From an uncultured SAR86 cluster bacterium (GTDB taxonomy: Bacteria; Pseudomonadota; Gammaproteobacteria; Magnimaribacterales; D2472), in assembly GCA_902624425.1 (NCBI GenBank), contig CACNXK010000002.1, forward strand, positions 17,873-81,872: DNA of 64,000 nt, given 5' to 3'. Positions 27,575 through 37,878 of this stretch are shown here, in pieces. The stretch's first letter is position 1. Each line of letters opens with the position of its first letter. The position numbers were made by a program, and so were the translations under genes. The notes below the pieces were generated by a model. It made no database searches. It worked only from the letters and a program-made list of their open reading frames with translations, and was not told the DNA's origin.

Positions 27575-28474
27575 ATGAAAAAATCAAAATTAGTAATTGG
27601 AATTTCCTCAAGAGCACTCTTTGATCTCGATGAAAGTCATAAGATTTTTGAAAGAGATGGAGTTGATGCATATAGAGAATATCAAATACTTAATGAAGAC
27701 AAGATACTTAACCCTGGAAATGCCTTTGCACTTGTAAAAAAGATTCTTGAAATAAATGATTTATATAAATCAAAAGATAGGGTTGAGGTAATACTTTTAT
27801 CGAGAAATTCTGCTGACACAGGTTTGAGGGTATTCAATTCCATTGAGGCCCACAATTTGGATATTACTAGAGCTGTATTTTGTGGAGGAGAAAGCCCGCA
27901 TAAATATGTAAAGGATTTTAATATAGATCTTTTTCTATCAAGCAGTGGTGAAGATGTTCGAATGGCAATAGAAAGCCATGTTGCATCGGCAACAATAATT
28001 TCAGGTAAAAGTAATTTCAAACAAGATGGGCACTTATTAAAAATAGCATTTGATGGAGATGCAGTTATTTTTTCAGATGAGTCTGAAAAAGTTTTTCAGG
28101 AGAAAGGAATCACTGCTTTTATTAAAAATGAGACCCAAGGCGAAAAAATCAGTTTGGAGCCAGGACCAATGAAACCATTTTTGATGGAATTAAACAGGCT
28201 GCAACGAGAATTTACACTTGAAGAATGTCCTATCAGAACAGCGCTAGTTACCGCTAGATCAGCACCTGCTCATAAAAGAGTAATTAAAACTTTGCGGGAG
28301 TGGGGAGTAAGAATCGATGAGTCACTATTTCTTGGTGGCATGTCAAAAGAAGATTTTTTAAAATCATTTCAGGCCGATATATTCTTTGATGACCAGCTCA
28401 AAAATATTCATGATGCTTCAAGTAAAATTACTTCGGCTCACGTACCCTATGGTGTAAAAAACAAGGTGAAATAA
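27575..28474 (+). CDS. 5'-nucleotidase, cytosolic cN-I-like (HAD superfamily)
   Basis: 299-aa ORF. The N-terminus LVIGISSRALFDLDESHKIFE..GVDAYREYQ and the HAD-like KIAFDGDAVIFSDESE match my recollection of the bacterial/eukaryotic '5'-nucleotidase' (cN-I) family. Confidence 0.7.
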   Translation: MKKSKLVIGISSRALFDLDESHKIFERDGVDAYREYQILNEDKILNPGNAFALVKKILEINDLYKSKDRVEVILLSRNSADTGLRVFNSIEAHNLDITRAVFCGGESPHKYVKDFNIDLFLSSSGEDVRMAIESHVASATIISGKSNFKQDGHLLKIAFDGDAVIFSDESEKVFQEKGITAFIKNETQGEKISLEPGPMKPFLMELNRLQREFTLEECPIRTALVTARSAPAHKRVIKTLREWGVRIDESLFLGGMSKEDFLKSFQADIFFDDQLKNIHDASSKITSAHVPYGVKNKVK

Positions 28475-29086
28475 TTGGAAATTGTTTGTTTAGATATGGA
28501 AGGCACCCTAACCGAAGAAATTTGGCAACAGGTTGCAGAAGATACTGGCATAGAAGATTTTGCAAAGACAACTCGAGATGTACCAAGTTATTCGGAGTTA
28601 ATGGATGAGCGTATACAAATTTTGAAGAAAGAAGGAATAACTCTCAGGGATATCCAGCTTTCCTCATCAAAAGTTAATCTTCTGGAGGGCGCAAAAGATT
28701 TTCTCAACGAAATAAGAAAAACCTTTCAAGTAGTTATTTTGTCAGACACTTTTCATGAAATAGCATCTCCACTTATGGAGAAATTAAGTTTTCCTTTACT
28801 GCTCTGTCATACCCTTAAAGTTAAAGAGGGAATGATTGATTCCTATCAGTTAAGGCAGGAAAAAGCTAAACAAGAAGCAATTAGAGCTTTTCAAAACCTT
28901 GGCTACAGATGTTTTGCAGCAGGAGATTCTTTTAATGATATTCAAATGTTTGAGGTGTGTGAAAAAGGTTTTTTTATAAATGCTCCAAAGAAAGTAACCT
29001 CTCAACATCCTGAAATTGAAGTCGTAAACGGCTATACTGAGCTAAAAAATAAACTATTAGAAAACTCAATTTATCAAAATGAATAA
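28475..29086 (+). CDS. thrH: Phosphoserine phosphatase / homoserine phosphotransferase ThrH
   Basis: 203-aa ORF with a TTG start directly after the upstream [15 protein letters not shown]...[10 protein letters not shown]...LLLCHTL...YQLRQ...AAGDSFND is colinear with P. aeruginosa ThrH (MEIACLDLEGVL...[10 protein letters not shown]...LLCHKL...YQLRQ...AAGDSYND). Confidence 0.88.
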   Translation: MEIVCLDMEGTLTEEIWQQVAEDTGIEDFAKTTRDVPSYSELMDERIQILKKEGITLRDIQLSSSKVNLLEGAKDFLNEIRKTFQVVILSDTFHEIASPLMEKLSFPLLLCHTLKVKEGMIDSYQLRQEKAKQEAIRAFQNLGYRCFAAGDSFNDIQMFEVCEKGFFINAPKKVTSQHPEIEVVNGYTELKNKLLENSIYQNE

Positions 29087-29738
29087 GCTCTCTCTAAAAG
29101 AGTATTTAAGACCAAAACTTGAATTAAGTGATGGAAATAATAATCTTCTTCTCCATAGTTGTTGTGCTCCATGTGCTGGAGAAATTATGGAGGCTGTTGC
29201 AGCTGCAGAAATAAAAACGACCGTTTATTTTTATAATCCAAATATTCATCCATTGCAGGAATATGAAATCAGAAAAGAAGAAAATAAGAGATTTTGTGAA
29301 AAACTTGGATTTGATTTTATTGATGCAGATTATGACAAAGACAACTGGTTTCAAAGAGTTAAAGGTCTAGAAAATGAGCCAGAAAGAGGAAAAAGATGTA
29401 CTGTATGCTTTGATATGAGATTTGAAAGATCAGCACTTTTTGCTCATGAAAATAATTTTAACTATTTTGCAACAACGCTTGGTATTTCAAGGTGGAAAGA
29501 TATGAATCAAATAAATGATTCTGGAAAGCGAGCAGCAAAAAGATACAAGGATGTGAATTACTGGGATTTTAATTGGAGAAAAGAGGGTGGCTCTTCAAGG
29601 ATGATAGAAATTTCAAAACGAGAAAAATTTTATCAGCAAGAATATTGTGGCTGTGTCTATAGTCTCAGAGACACAAACCGATGGAGAAGGGAAAATAATA
29701 GAGATAGAATCATAAGAGGAGTAAAGTTCTACTCATAA
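29079..29738 (+). CDS. queH: Epoxyqueuosine reductase QueH (DUF208)
   Basis: 219-aa ORF with the Cys pattern [13 protein letters not shown] ... CTVCF ... QEYCGCVYS, characteristic of QueH. 8-nt overlap with thrH. Confidence 0.8.
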   Translation: MNKLSLKEYLRPKLELSDGNNNLLLHSCCAPCAGEIMEAVAAAEIKTTVYFYNPNIHPLQEYEIRKEENKRFCEKLGFDFIDADYDKDNWFQRVKGLENEPERGKRCTVCFDMRFERSALFAHENNFNYFATTLGISRWKDMNQINDSGKRAAKRYKDVNYWDFNWRKEGGSSRMIEISKREKFYQQEYCGCVYSLRDTNRWRRENNRDRIIRGVKFYS

Positions 29739-29740
29739 AA

Positions 29741-30619
29741 ATGCCAACAGAAAAAGATTTTAGTCAATTACTTGCAGATAATAAGCCTTTAAAAATAGTG
29801 GGTGCAATAAATGCTTACTCAGCAATTCTTGCAGAGAGATCTGGGCATAAATGCATATATTTGTCAGGAAGTGGCGTCGCTTCAGCATCCTATGGAATTC
29901 CAGATCTAGGACTTACATCTTTGGAGGATGTTTTGATAGATGTAAGGAGAATATCTAAATCAACCTCATTACCCTTACTGGTGGATATAGACACTGGTTG
30001 GGGCGATGGTAATGATATTTCGCATAGCATCAAGATGATGATTGAAGCTGGTGCTGCAGCTGTTCATTTAGAAGATCAGATTGAGGCAAAAAGATGTGGA
30101 CATAGACCTAATAAAAAACTTATTACAACAGATGAAATGTGCGAAAGAATCAAAACAGCTGTTCAAGGCAGAGGTGATTCTGAACTTTTTATAATTGCTA
30201 GAACAGATGCTTTTGACTCAGAAGGAATTGATGGGTGTGTAAAAAGAGCAAGGGATTATATTGATGCAGGAGCCGACGGGATTTTTCTTGAAGCTATAAC
30301 TTCGCTCCAGGATTACAAAAAACTCAAAGATGCTATTCAAAAACCAATTCTCGCAAATATAACCGAGTTTGGGAAAACTCCTCTTTTTAAAGATAAAGAA
30401 TTAATGGAGGCAGGTGTTGATATGATGCTGTTTCCTCTCTCCGCTTTTAGGGCCTCATCTAAGGCTGCTGAAAAAGTATATGAATCAATCTTAAAAAATG
30501 GGACGCAGGAAAGTGTTTTAGATATAATGCAAACGCGCGATGAACTTTATGAAAGACTAGATTATTTAAATTTTGAAAAAAATCTGGATGAATACATAAA
30601 GAATATGGAGAAAAAATAA
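29741..30619 (+). CDS. prpB: 2-Methylisocitrate lyase
   Basis: 292-aa ORF of the PEP mutase/isocitrate lyase superfamily. Motifs are DIDTGWG, AAAVHLEDQ and the catalytic loop KRCGHRPNK. Confidence 0.9.
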   Translation: MPTEKDFSQLLADNKPLKIVGAINAYSAILAERSGHKCIYLSGSGVASASYGIPDLGLTSLEDVLIDVRRISKSTSLPLLVDIDTGWGDGNDISHSIKMMIEAGAAAVHLEDQIEAKRCGHRPNKKLITTDEMCERIKTAVQGRGDSELFIIARTDAFDSEGIDGCVKRARDYIDAGADGIFLEAITSLQDYKKLKDAIQKPILANITEFGKTPLFKDKELMEAGVDMMLFPLSAFRASSKAAEKVYESILKNGTQESVLDIMQTRDELYERLDYLNFEKNLDEYIKNMEKK

Positions 30620-31743
30620 TGGGAAAGAAGCTTGAAGGAGCAGGATTAAGGGGCCAAGTAGCAGGACAAACAGCGCTCTCAACAGTAGGCAAAGAAGGAA
30701 AGGGGCTTACATATAGAGGTTATGCAATCGAAGACCTAGCAGAGAAAGCAACATTTGAAGAAGTTGCTTATATGCTTCTTTATGGAAAACTTCCTAATCA
30801 AACCGAATACGATAACTATACTGAAAAGCTCAGAAAATATAGAGATTTACCTCAAGAGCTTAAAGGCGTTTTATCAGTCATACCAAAAGAAACTCATCCC
30901 ATGGATGTTCTCCGAACTGGGTGTTCTGTGCTGGGAAATCTTGAACCAGAGGGCGATTTTGCTGACCAAATTGATATTGCAGATAGGATTCTTGCTTCTA
31001 TGCCTTCAATAATGACATATTGGTACAGAGCATCTCACTTTGGCGAAGATATAAACACGCTTACTGACCATCCAACTATGGGCGGACAGTTCTTGAGTCT
31101 TTTGACCGGAAGTGAGCCAAGTGATGAACATACTAGGGCTCTTGATACCTCTCTAATTTGTTACGCTGAGCATGGCTTTAATGCATCAACTTTTACTGCT
31201 AGAACTTGTGCATCAACACTTTCTGATATGCATTCATGTATTACTGCAGCAATAGGCACATTAAGGGGACCTCTTCATGGAGGGGCGAATGAAGCAGCTA
31301 TGGAAATGATTGAGCGTTTTTCTTCAAGAGAAGAGGCTAATGCTGGTGTTAAGCAAATGCTTGAAAACAAAGAAAAAATTATGGGATTCGGTCATGCAGT
31401 TTATTCTGATGAGGATCCCAGAAATAAAATCGTAAAAGCATGGTCAAAAAAATTAAGTGCAAGTGCTTCAAATCCAATAATCTATGAAGTATCTGAAGAA
31501 ATTGAAAAGGTGATGAGTGAAGAGAAAAATCTTTTTGCTAATACCGATTTCTATATGGCATCAGCATATAATTTCTTAGGTATACCAACTCCAATCTTTA
31601 CACCACTTTTTGTAATTGGAAGAACTTCCGGGTGGGCTGCAAATGTAATGGAACAAAGAGCTGATAATAGAATTATAAGACCTAGTGAAGAATACATTGG
31701 TCCCGAATCAGCAAATTGGGTTGAAATTCAAGACAGAGATTAA
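30619..31743 (+). CDS. prpC: 2-Methylcitrate synthase
   Basis: 374-aa ORF with citrate-synthase family motifs (GPLHGGANE, GFGHAVY, NTDFY). TAATG overlap with prpB. Confidence 0.9.
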   Translation: MGKKLEGAGLRGQVAGQTALSTVGKEGKGLTYRGYAIEDLAEKATFEEVAYMLLYGKLPNQTEYDNYTEKLRKYRDLPQELKGVLSVIPKETHPMDVLRTGCSVLGNLEPEGDFADQIDIADRILASMPSIMTYWYRASHFGEDINTLTDHPTMGGQFLSLLTGSEPSDEHTRALDTSLICYAEHGFNASTFTARTCASTLSDMHSCITAAIGTLRGPLHGGANEAAMEMIERFSSREEANAGVKQMLENKEKIMGFGHAVYSDEDPRNKIVKAWSKKLSASASNPIIYEVSEEIEKVMSEEKNLFANTDFYMASAYNFLGIPTPIFTPLFVIGRTSGWAANVMEQRADNRIIRPSEEYIGPESANWVEIQDRD

Positions 31744-32178
31744 ATGTTAAAAAATTTTAATATTCTTCTAACATCTTTAGTATTATTTGCTCCTAGCATA
31801 AATTCTAGCGATCTAAATGCTCTCGAGTGCAAAGAGGGAAAACCAGAAGTTTTTTTTATTTCTCCTAGTGAAAACATAGTTTCATCAACAGGAGTAATTG
31901 ATTTAAAGTTTGGTATTAAAAACTTTAATATTGCACCAGCAGGTCATATCGCTTGTGATTCAGGTCATCACCATCTTTTAATAAATGTCCCACTTCCTGA
32001 TTTAACAAGACCCATACCTTCAGATGAAAATCATATTCATTACGGAAAAGGGCAAACTTCAGATACTATAAATTTACCAAAAGGTGTTCATAAATTACGA
32101 TTAGTGCTTGGAAACTTTGCGCACATACCTCACGATACTCCAATCGTTTCTGACGAATTAATTATAGAGGTCAGATAG
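31744..32178 (+). CDS. Secreted DUF4399-family protein (His-rich GHHHLLI motif), function unknown
   Basis: 144-aa ORF with a signal-like N-terminus ([15 protein letters not shown]). The conserved-looking [11 protein letters not shown] and HIHYGKGQT match my recollection of DUF4399. It abuts prpC (0-nt gap) and overlaps the prpD GTG by 1 nt. Confidence 0.65.
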   Translation: MLKNFNILLTSLVLFAPSINSSDLNALECKEGKPEVFFISPSENIVSSTGVIDLKFGIKNFNIAPAGHIACDSGHHHLLINVPLPDLTRPIPSDENHIHYGKGQTSDTINLPKGVHKLRLVLGNFAHIPHDTPIVSDELIIEVR

Positions 32179-33623
32179 TGTCACAATCTTTTGATATCAA
32201 TTTAAGGCCCAATCCTGATGAGTTAATAATACAAATTGCAGATTATGTAATGGATTATGAAATCCAATCAGATGAGGCATATGAAACTGCAAAAAGCTGT
32301 TTAATTGATACTTTAGGATGTGGTTTATTAGCGTTAAGCTTTCCAGCATGTACTAAATTGCTCGGACCAATTGTTGAAGGTACTGAAGTTCCGTATGGTG
32401 TCAGAGTTCCAGGAACTTCAAATTTACTAGATCCAGTCAAAGGAGCATTTGATATAGGATGCATAATAAGATGGTTAGATTTTAATGATACTTGGCTAGC
32501 TGCTGAGTGGGGGCATCCATCTGATAATCTTGGTGCAATTCTTGCCTGTGCTGATTACGTGTCGCAAAAAAATATTGAATCAGGTGCTGAGCCTCTTAAA
32601 GTTAGGGATATTCTAGAAATGATGATTAAGGCTCATGAAATCCAAGGTATTTTGGCGCTTGAAAATAGTTTTAATAGAGTGGGTTTAGACCATGTTGTTC
32701 TTGTCAAAGTAGCTTCAACAGCAGTAGCAACAAAGATTTTGGGGGGAAATAGAGAAGACGTAATTAATGCTCTAACCCATGCCTGGGTAGATGGACAAAG
32801 TTTGAGAACCTACAGACATGCACCAAATGCTGGATCTCGAAAAAGTTGGGCTGCAGGAGATGCGACAAGCCGAGCTGTGAGGCTTGCTATGATTACTTTA
32901 TCAGGTGAAATGGGATATCCAAGTGTTTTAACTGCTAAAACATGGGGATTTCAAGATGTTCTTTTTAAAGGCGAGTCTTTAAAGATTCCTCAGGAATTTT
33001 CTACATATGTTATGGAGAATGTTTTATTTAAAATAAGTTTTCCTGCCGAGTTTCATGCTCAAACAGCAGTTGAAGCCGCAATAAAGATTCATCCTAAAAT
33101 AAAAGATAGGTTAGGGGAAATAGATAAAATTGAGATTACGACTCATGAATCCGCCATAAGAATCATTTCAAAAGTAGGCGATTTAAACAATCCTGCAGAT
33201 AGGGATCATTGTCTACAATATATGGTTGCTATAGGCCTCATTAAAGGTGATCTTGTTGCTGAGGATTATGAAGATGATGTAGCTCAGGATCCAATAATTG
33301 ATGAGTTAAGATCAAAAATGGTTGTTTCAGAGAGCAAAGAATATTCAGAAGATTATCTCGACCCAGATAAAAGATCTATAGCTAATAGACTCAGAGTTTT
33401 TTTCAATGATGGCTCTTCAACAGATGAGGTTGAGGTCCAATATCCCATAGGTCATAGGAGAAGAAGAGATGAGGGCATTCCAATCCTTGAAGAGAAGTTT
33501 TTAAGAAACCTTAAAACTGTCTTTGATGATGAGAAAGCTCAAAAGATTTATAGTCAATTCATTGATTTTGAGAAGCTGTCATCAATGAGTGTAGTTGACT
33601 TTCAAAAGCTTCTGTCAGTCTGA
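32178..33623 (+). CDS. prpD: 2-Methylcitrate dehydratase
   Basis: 481-aa ORF of the MmgE/PrpD family with a GTG start. The N-terminus (..[30 protein letters not shown]) is colinear with E. coli PrpD (..IVDYVMNYEISS). Confidence 0.9.
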   Translation: MSQSFDINLRPNPDELIIQIADYVMDYEIQSDEAYETAKSCLIDTLGCGLLALSFPACTKLLGPIVEGTEVPYGVRVPGTSNLLDPVKGAFDIGCIIRWLDFNDTWLAAEWGHPSDNLGAILACADYVSQKNIESGAEPLKVRDILEMMIKAHEIQGILALENSFNRVGLDHVVLVKVASTAVATKILGGNREDVINALTHAWVDGQSLRTYRHAPNAGSRKSWAAGDATSRAVRLAMITLSGEMGYPSVLTAKTWGFQDVLFKGESLKIPQEFSTYVMENVLFKISFPAEFHAQTAVEAAIKIHPKIKDRLGEIDKIEITTHESAIRIISKVGDLNNPADRDHCLQYMVAIGLIKGDLVAEDYEDDVAQDPIIDELRSKMVVSESKEYSEDYLDPDKRSIANRLRVFFNDGSSTDEVEVQYPIGHRRRRDEGIPILEEKFLRNLKTVFDDEKAQKIYSQFIDFEKLSSMSVVDFQKLLSV

Positions 33624-33649
33624 AACACTTATAATCTAAGTGTTTTTTT
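33623..33649 (+). terminator. Rho-independent terminator after prpD
   Basis: AAACACTTA-TAATC-TAAGTGTTT forms a 9-bp stem with a 5-nt loop and runs into a T7 tract. It begins at the last base of the prpD stop codon. Confidence 0.7.
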
Positions 33650-33673
33650 AAAAATAGCATATAATAATTCGCT

Positions 33674-34762
33674 ATGTCTGGTAACACATTTGGAAAAATC
33701 TTTTCTGTCACGACTTTTGGTGAGAGTCATGGCGAAGCTATGGGATGCATAATTGATGGATGTCCACCTGGTATAGAAATAAGTAAGCATGATATTCAGT
33801 TAGAGCTTGATAGGAGGAAACCAGGACAATCAAATGTAACTACGCAAAGAAAAGAAGATGATATGGTAGAAATTTTATCAGGGGTATTTGAAGGTAAAAG
33901 TTTGGGAACACCAATATCATTAATCATAAAAAATGAAGATCAGATTACAAAAGATTATTCAAATATTAAAAATACTTTTAGACCAAATCATGCTGATCTA
34001 ACTTATCAAGGGAAATATGGCCTTAGAGACTACAGAGGAGGAGGTAGATCAAGTGCCAGAGAGACATCTATGAGAGTTGCTGCTGGAGCAGTAGCAAAAA
34101 AAGTTTTAAATAGCTCAGGAATAGTAACTCAAGGTTTTGTTTCCCAAATTGGCAAGATAACTGCAGATTCAATAGATCTAGACTATGTAAGTAAAAATAA
34201 ATTTTTCTTTCCCGATAAAACTAAAATTGATTCATTAGAATCTTTTTTTGAAGAACTTATTAAAGATGGCGACTCAATAGGAGCTAAGTTAGGTGTAAAA
34301 GTACAAAACTGCCCAGTTGGTCTTGGCGAACCTGTTTTTGATAAGCTAAATGCAGATTTAGCTAAGGCTATAATGAGCATTAATGCGGTTAAATCAGTTT
34401 CAATTGGTAATTCTGAAGATATTCCAATATCCAAGGGTTCTGAGTTAAGAGATGAAATTACTAAAACTGGTTTCAATTCAAATAATTCTGGAGGAATTTT
34501 AGGAGGAATTTCAAATGGAGATGATATTGATATAAGTTTTTTAATTAAACCAACATCCAGCATAAGCAAAGCCACCTCTTCAATAGATAAAGATGGGAAT
34601 GAAGTTGAGCTTAAGATAAAGGGCAGGCATGATCCTTGTGTGGGAATTCGCGCTGTTCCTATTGCTGAAGCCATGGTTAATCTTGTTTTAATTGATCATT
34701 TTCTTAGAAACCGAGCTCAATGTGGCGATGTTGATCAAAAACTCCCATTTAATACTGAATGA
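33674..34762 (+). CDS. aroC: Chorismate synthase
   Basis: 362-aa ORF. The N-terminus [20 protein letters not shown] is typical of AroC, and [10 protein letters not shown] is present. Confidence 0.93.
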   Translation: MSGNTFGKIFSVTTFGESHGEAMGCIIDGCPPGIEISKHDIQLELDRRKPGQSNVTTQRKEDDMVEILSGVFEGKSLGTPISLIIKNEDQITKDYSNIKNTFRPNHADLTYQGKYGLRDYRGGGRSSARETSMRVAAGAVAKKVLNSSGIVTQGFVSQIGKITADSIDLDYVSKNKFFFPDKTKIDSLESFFEELIKDGDSIGAKLGVKVQNCPVGLGEPVFDKLNADLAKAIMSINAVKSVSIGNSEDIPISKGSELRDEITKTGFNSNNSGGILGGISNGDDIDISFLIKPTSSISKATSSIDKDGNEVELKIKGRHDPCVGIRAVPIAEAMVNLVLIDHFLRNRAQCGDVDQKLPFNTE

Positions 34763-36162
34763 TGGGGTATACCATTTACGACAAGCTCTGGAGCGAGCAC
34801 CTTATAAGACCTTATGATGATGGAGACTCTCTAATATATATTGATAGACATTTTCTTCATGAAGTTACCTCTCCACAAGCTTTTGAAGGTCTTAAAAAGA
34901 AATCACTTAAACCATGGAGAATAAATGCAAATATAGCTACACCAGATCACAATATACCAACCATAAGAGACAATGAGTTTAATATTGATAATATCGAGGA
35001 TGATATTTCAAAATTACAAGTAGTGGAGTTAGATAAAAATTGTGATGATTTTGGCATTAAGCTATTCGAAATTAACTCAAGCAATCAAGGCATTGTTCAT
35101 GTAATAGGTCCTGAATTAGGCCTTACCCTTCCAGGTATGAGTGTTGTTTGTGGTGACTCTCATACTTCAACTCACGGCGCTTTTGGCTGTCTTGCAATGG
35201 GTATTGGGACATCGGAAGTAGAACATGTTCTTGCAACACAAAGCCTTAAAGTAAGAAAGCTCAAAAACATGAGAATAAACTTCGAGGGAAAAATTAAAGA
35301 TGGTGTCTCCTCAAAAGATATTGTTTTATATCTCATTAGGAAGATCGGTACTGCTGGTGGAACAGGTTATGCAGTTGAATTTGCAGGATCATATATTCGA
35401 GATATTTCAATGGAAGCTAGGATGACTATTTGTAATATGTCTATTGAAGCTGGAGCTAAAGTTGGTTTAGTGTCGGTCGATGCAACAACAATAGATTATG
35501 TTAAGAAACATTCTAGTCTTCCAAAAAATTTACTGGATCGCGCTACTGAAAAATGGAGGACCTTACAAACAGATAAGGATGCAAAATTCGATAAAGAAAT
35601 TAATATTGATGTTTCAGAGATTAATCCCCAGGTTACTTGGGGAACATCACCTGAGATGGTTATTGATTTTAATGAAAAAGTTCCCTCAAGCTCATTTTTT
35701 GATGATGAAAAAAGAAAAAGCTTAGATTTAGCAAAAAGTTATATGGGATTATCTGATAACCAGGAACTTAGTGATTTAGATTTTGATAGAGTATTTATTG
35801 GTTCATGCACAAATTCCAGAATTGAAGATTTAAGAGAAGCCGCAGAAGTTTTAAAAGGTAAAAAGGTTTCTAAAAGTATTCAAGAAGCAATAGTAGTTCC
35901 AGGATCAGGAATGGTTAAAGAGCAGGCAGAAAAAGAAGGAATTCATAAAATATTTATAGAAGCAGGCTTTGAATGGAGGGCTCCAGGCTGTTCAATGTGT
36001 TTGGGTATGAATCCAGATCAATTAAGTCCTTATGAGAGATGCGCATCAACCTCCAATAGAAATTTTGAGGGTCGACAAGGAAATTTAGGTAGAACCCATT
36101 TAATGAGTCCAAAAATGGCTGCTTTAACTGCAATAAATGGCAGGATTGTAAAAGAGATTTAA
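34759..36162 (+). CDS. leuC: 3-Isopropylmalate dehydratase large subunit
   Basis: 467-aa ORF with [25 protein letters not shown] and [10 protein letters not shown] (Fe-S ligands). ATGA overlap with aroC. Confidence 0.94.
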   Translation: MMGYTIYDKLWSEHLIRPYDDGDSLIYIDRHFLHEVTSPQAFEGLKKKSLKPWRINANIATPDHNIPTIRDNEFNIDNIEDDISKLQVVELDKNCDDFGIKLFEINSSNQGIVHVIGPELGLTLPGMSVVCGDSHTSTHGAFGCLAMGIGTSEVEHVLATQSLKVRKLKNMRINFEGKIKDGVSSKDIVLYLIRKIGTAGGTGYAVEFAGSYIRDISMEARMTICNMSIEAGAKVGLVSVDATTIDYVKKHSSLPKNLLDRATEKWRTLQTDKDAKFDKEINIDVSEINPQVTWGTSPEMVIDFNEKVPSSSFFDDEKRKSLDLAKSYMGLSDNQELSDLDFDRVFIGSCTNSRIEDLREAAEVLKGKKVSKSIQEAIVVPGSGMVKEQAEKEGIHKIFIEAGFEWRAPGCSMCLGMNPDQLSPYERCASTSNRNFEGRQGNLGRTHLMSPKMAALTAINGRIVKEI

Positions 36163-36163
36163 T

Positions 36164-36793
36164 ATGAAAGATCTTATTGAGGGTATCGTAGCTCCAATTG
36201 ATAGAGACAACATAGATACTGATCAAATTATCCCTACAGAGTATCTTAAATCTATTAAAAAATTTGGGTATGAGGATTATCTTTTTGATGGTTGGAGATA
36301 TATGGACCAGGGTTATCTTGGAGTAAAGAAAAGTGATAGGAAGGCTAATAATGATTTTATTCTAAATAAAACACCTTACGATAAATCAAAAGTTTTGCTT
36401 GCTCGGGATAATTTTGGTTGTGGCTCAAGCAGAGAACACGCGGTTTGGGCTCTAAGAGATTTTGGCATCGAAGCTGTAATAGCAAGTTCTTTTGGCGATA
36501 TTTTCTTTAATAATTGCTTTAAAAATAGTGTTTTGCCAATAAAACTAGAAAAAGCTGAGATCGAAGAACTATTCTCATTATCAAAAGATCACCCAATCAT
36601 TATCTCGGTAAATATTAGAGAAAAAGCAGTAGTGTTTGAAGACAAGCTCTCTATAAAATTTAATCTTGATGATAATTTAGCTGAGAGAATTATATTCGGT
36701 CTTGATGAGATAGATATTACTTTGAAAGATTCAAAATTAATAAAAGAATTTGAAGAACATAGAAAAGAAAGCAATCCTTGGATTTTTGAATGA
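36164..36793 (+). CDS. leuD: 3-Isopropylmalate dehydratase small subunit
   Basis: 209-aa ORF with NFGCGSSREHAVWAL and DNIDTDQIIP. Confidence 0.93.
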   Translation: MKDLIEGIVAPIDRDNIDTDQIIPTEYLKSIKKFGYEDYLFDGWRYMDQGYLGVKKSDRKANNDFILNKTPYDKSKVLLARDNFGCGSSREHAVWALRDFGIEAVIASSFGDIFFNNCFKNSVLPIKLEKAEIEELFSLSKDHPIIISVNIREKAVVFEDKLSIKFNLDDNLAERIIFGLDEIDITLKDSKLIKEFEEHRKESNPWIFE

Positions 36794-37878
36794 GTAAAAG
36801 AATTCTTATTTTGCCTGGTGATGGCATAGGTCCTGAAGTTACAGGTTCAGCTATAGAATTATTAAGCTTTCTTCAAAGCTTTTTCTCTCTTGATCTAACA
36901 TTTAAAATTGAAGATGTTGGAGGTACAGCATTTGATAAGACTGGATATCCTCTTCCAATTAAAACCTTAGAGGAAGCTAAAAAATCTGACGCAATTCTTT
37001 TTGGGGCAGTAGGTGGTCCACAATGGGAAAGCCTTGATTGGGATAAAAGACCAGAACAGGCTTTATTAGGATTAAGAAAAGAGCTTGGATTATTTGCAAA
37101 CCTGAGGCCTGCCTTCCTTTTTAATGAGCTGGCTTCAGCTTCACCTATTAAAAAAGAAATCATAGATAATCTTAATATACTAATAGTAAGAGAGCTTACA
37201 GGAGGTATTTATTTTGGTGAGCCAAGAGGAATAAATAGTTCTTCAAATCCTCCAAGTGCTTTTAATACCATGATTTATGATAAAAATGAGATTGAAAGAA
37301 TTGGAAGGATTGCTTTTGAATCAGCTATGAAGAGAAATAAAAAACTTTGCTCAGTTGATAAAGCAAATGTTTTGGAGGTCTCAAAGTTTTGGAGAGAAAT
37401 CATTTCCAATCTTTCAAAAGATTATCCTGAGGTTGAGCTTACCCACCAGCTTGCTGACAATACTGCAATGCAATTAGTGCTTGACCCAAATCAGTTTGAT
37501 GTAATTGTTTCAAGTAATTTATTTGGTGATATTTTATCTGATATTGCAGCTACTCTGACAGGATCAATTGGAATGCTTCCATCCGCGTCTTTGAATAGCT
37601 CCTCTCAAGGTATGTATGAGCCATGTCACGGCAGTGCGCCTGATATTGCTGGCAAAAATTCGGCAAATCCATTAGCGATGATTCTCTCATTAGCTATGGC
37701 ATTTAGATACTCACTAAATAATAATCAGGTTGCAAACATAATTGAAGAATCTATTAAAAATTTTATTTCAAAAGGACTCCGGACACATGATATTGCAAGC
37801 GATGCTACTTTTTTGAGGACCGACCAAGTTGCTCCCAAGCTCATTGATATTATTGAGGAAATATCTAGTGCAAGATAA
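36790..37878 (+). CDS. leuB: 3-Isopropylmalate dehydrogenase
   Basis: 362-aa ORF with ILILPGDGIGPEV, NLFGDILSD and YEPCHGSAPDIAG. Confidence 0.94.
   Translation: MSKRILILPGDGIGPEVTGSAIELLSFLQSFFSLDLTFKIEDVGGTAFDKTGYPLPIKTLEEAKKSDAILFGAVGGPQWESLDWDKRPEQALLGLRKELGLFANLRPAFLFNELASASPIKKEIIDNLNILIVRELTGGIYFGEPRGINSSSNPPSAFNTMIYDKNEIERIGRIAFESAMKRNKKLCSVDKANVLEVSKFWREIISNLSKDYPEVELTHQLADNTAMQLVLDPNQFDVIVSSNLFGDILSDIAATLTGSIGMLPSASLNSSSQGMYEPCHGSAPDIAGKNSANPLAMILSLAMAFRYSLNNNQVANIIEESIKNFISKGLRTHDIASDATFLRTDQVAPKLIDIIEEISSAR

Noticed and set aside
34183-34674. Long antisense ORFs nested inside well-supported genes. Examples: 163 aa opposite aroC, 163 aa at 46107..46598 opposite acnB, 121 aa at 10692..11057, 110 aa at 19235..19567, 107 aa at 9583..9906 and 15659..15982, and 112 aa at 27682..28020.
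   Set aside because: All lie entirely within genes whose products align to well-known families. Their translations are low-complexity and rich in Ser, Leu and Ile. In the aroC case, stops in that antisense frame require specific Tyr, His or Gln codon contexts that are rare in that stretch. I see no independent promoter, RBS or motif evidence.
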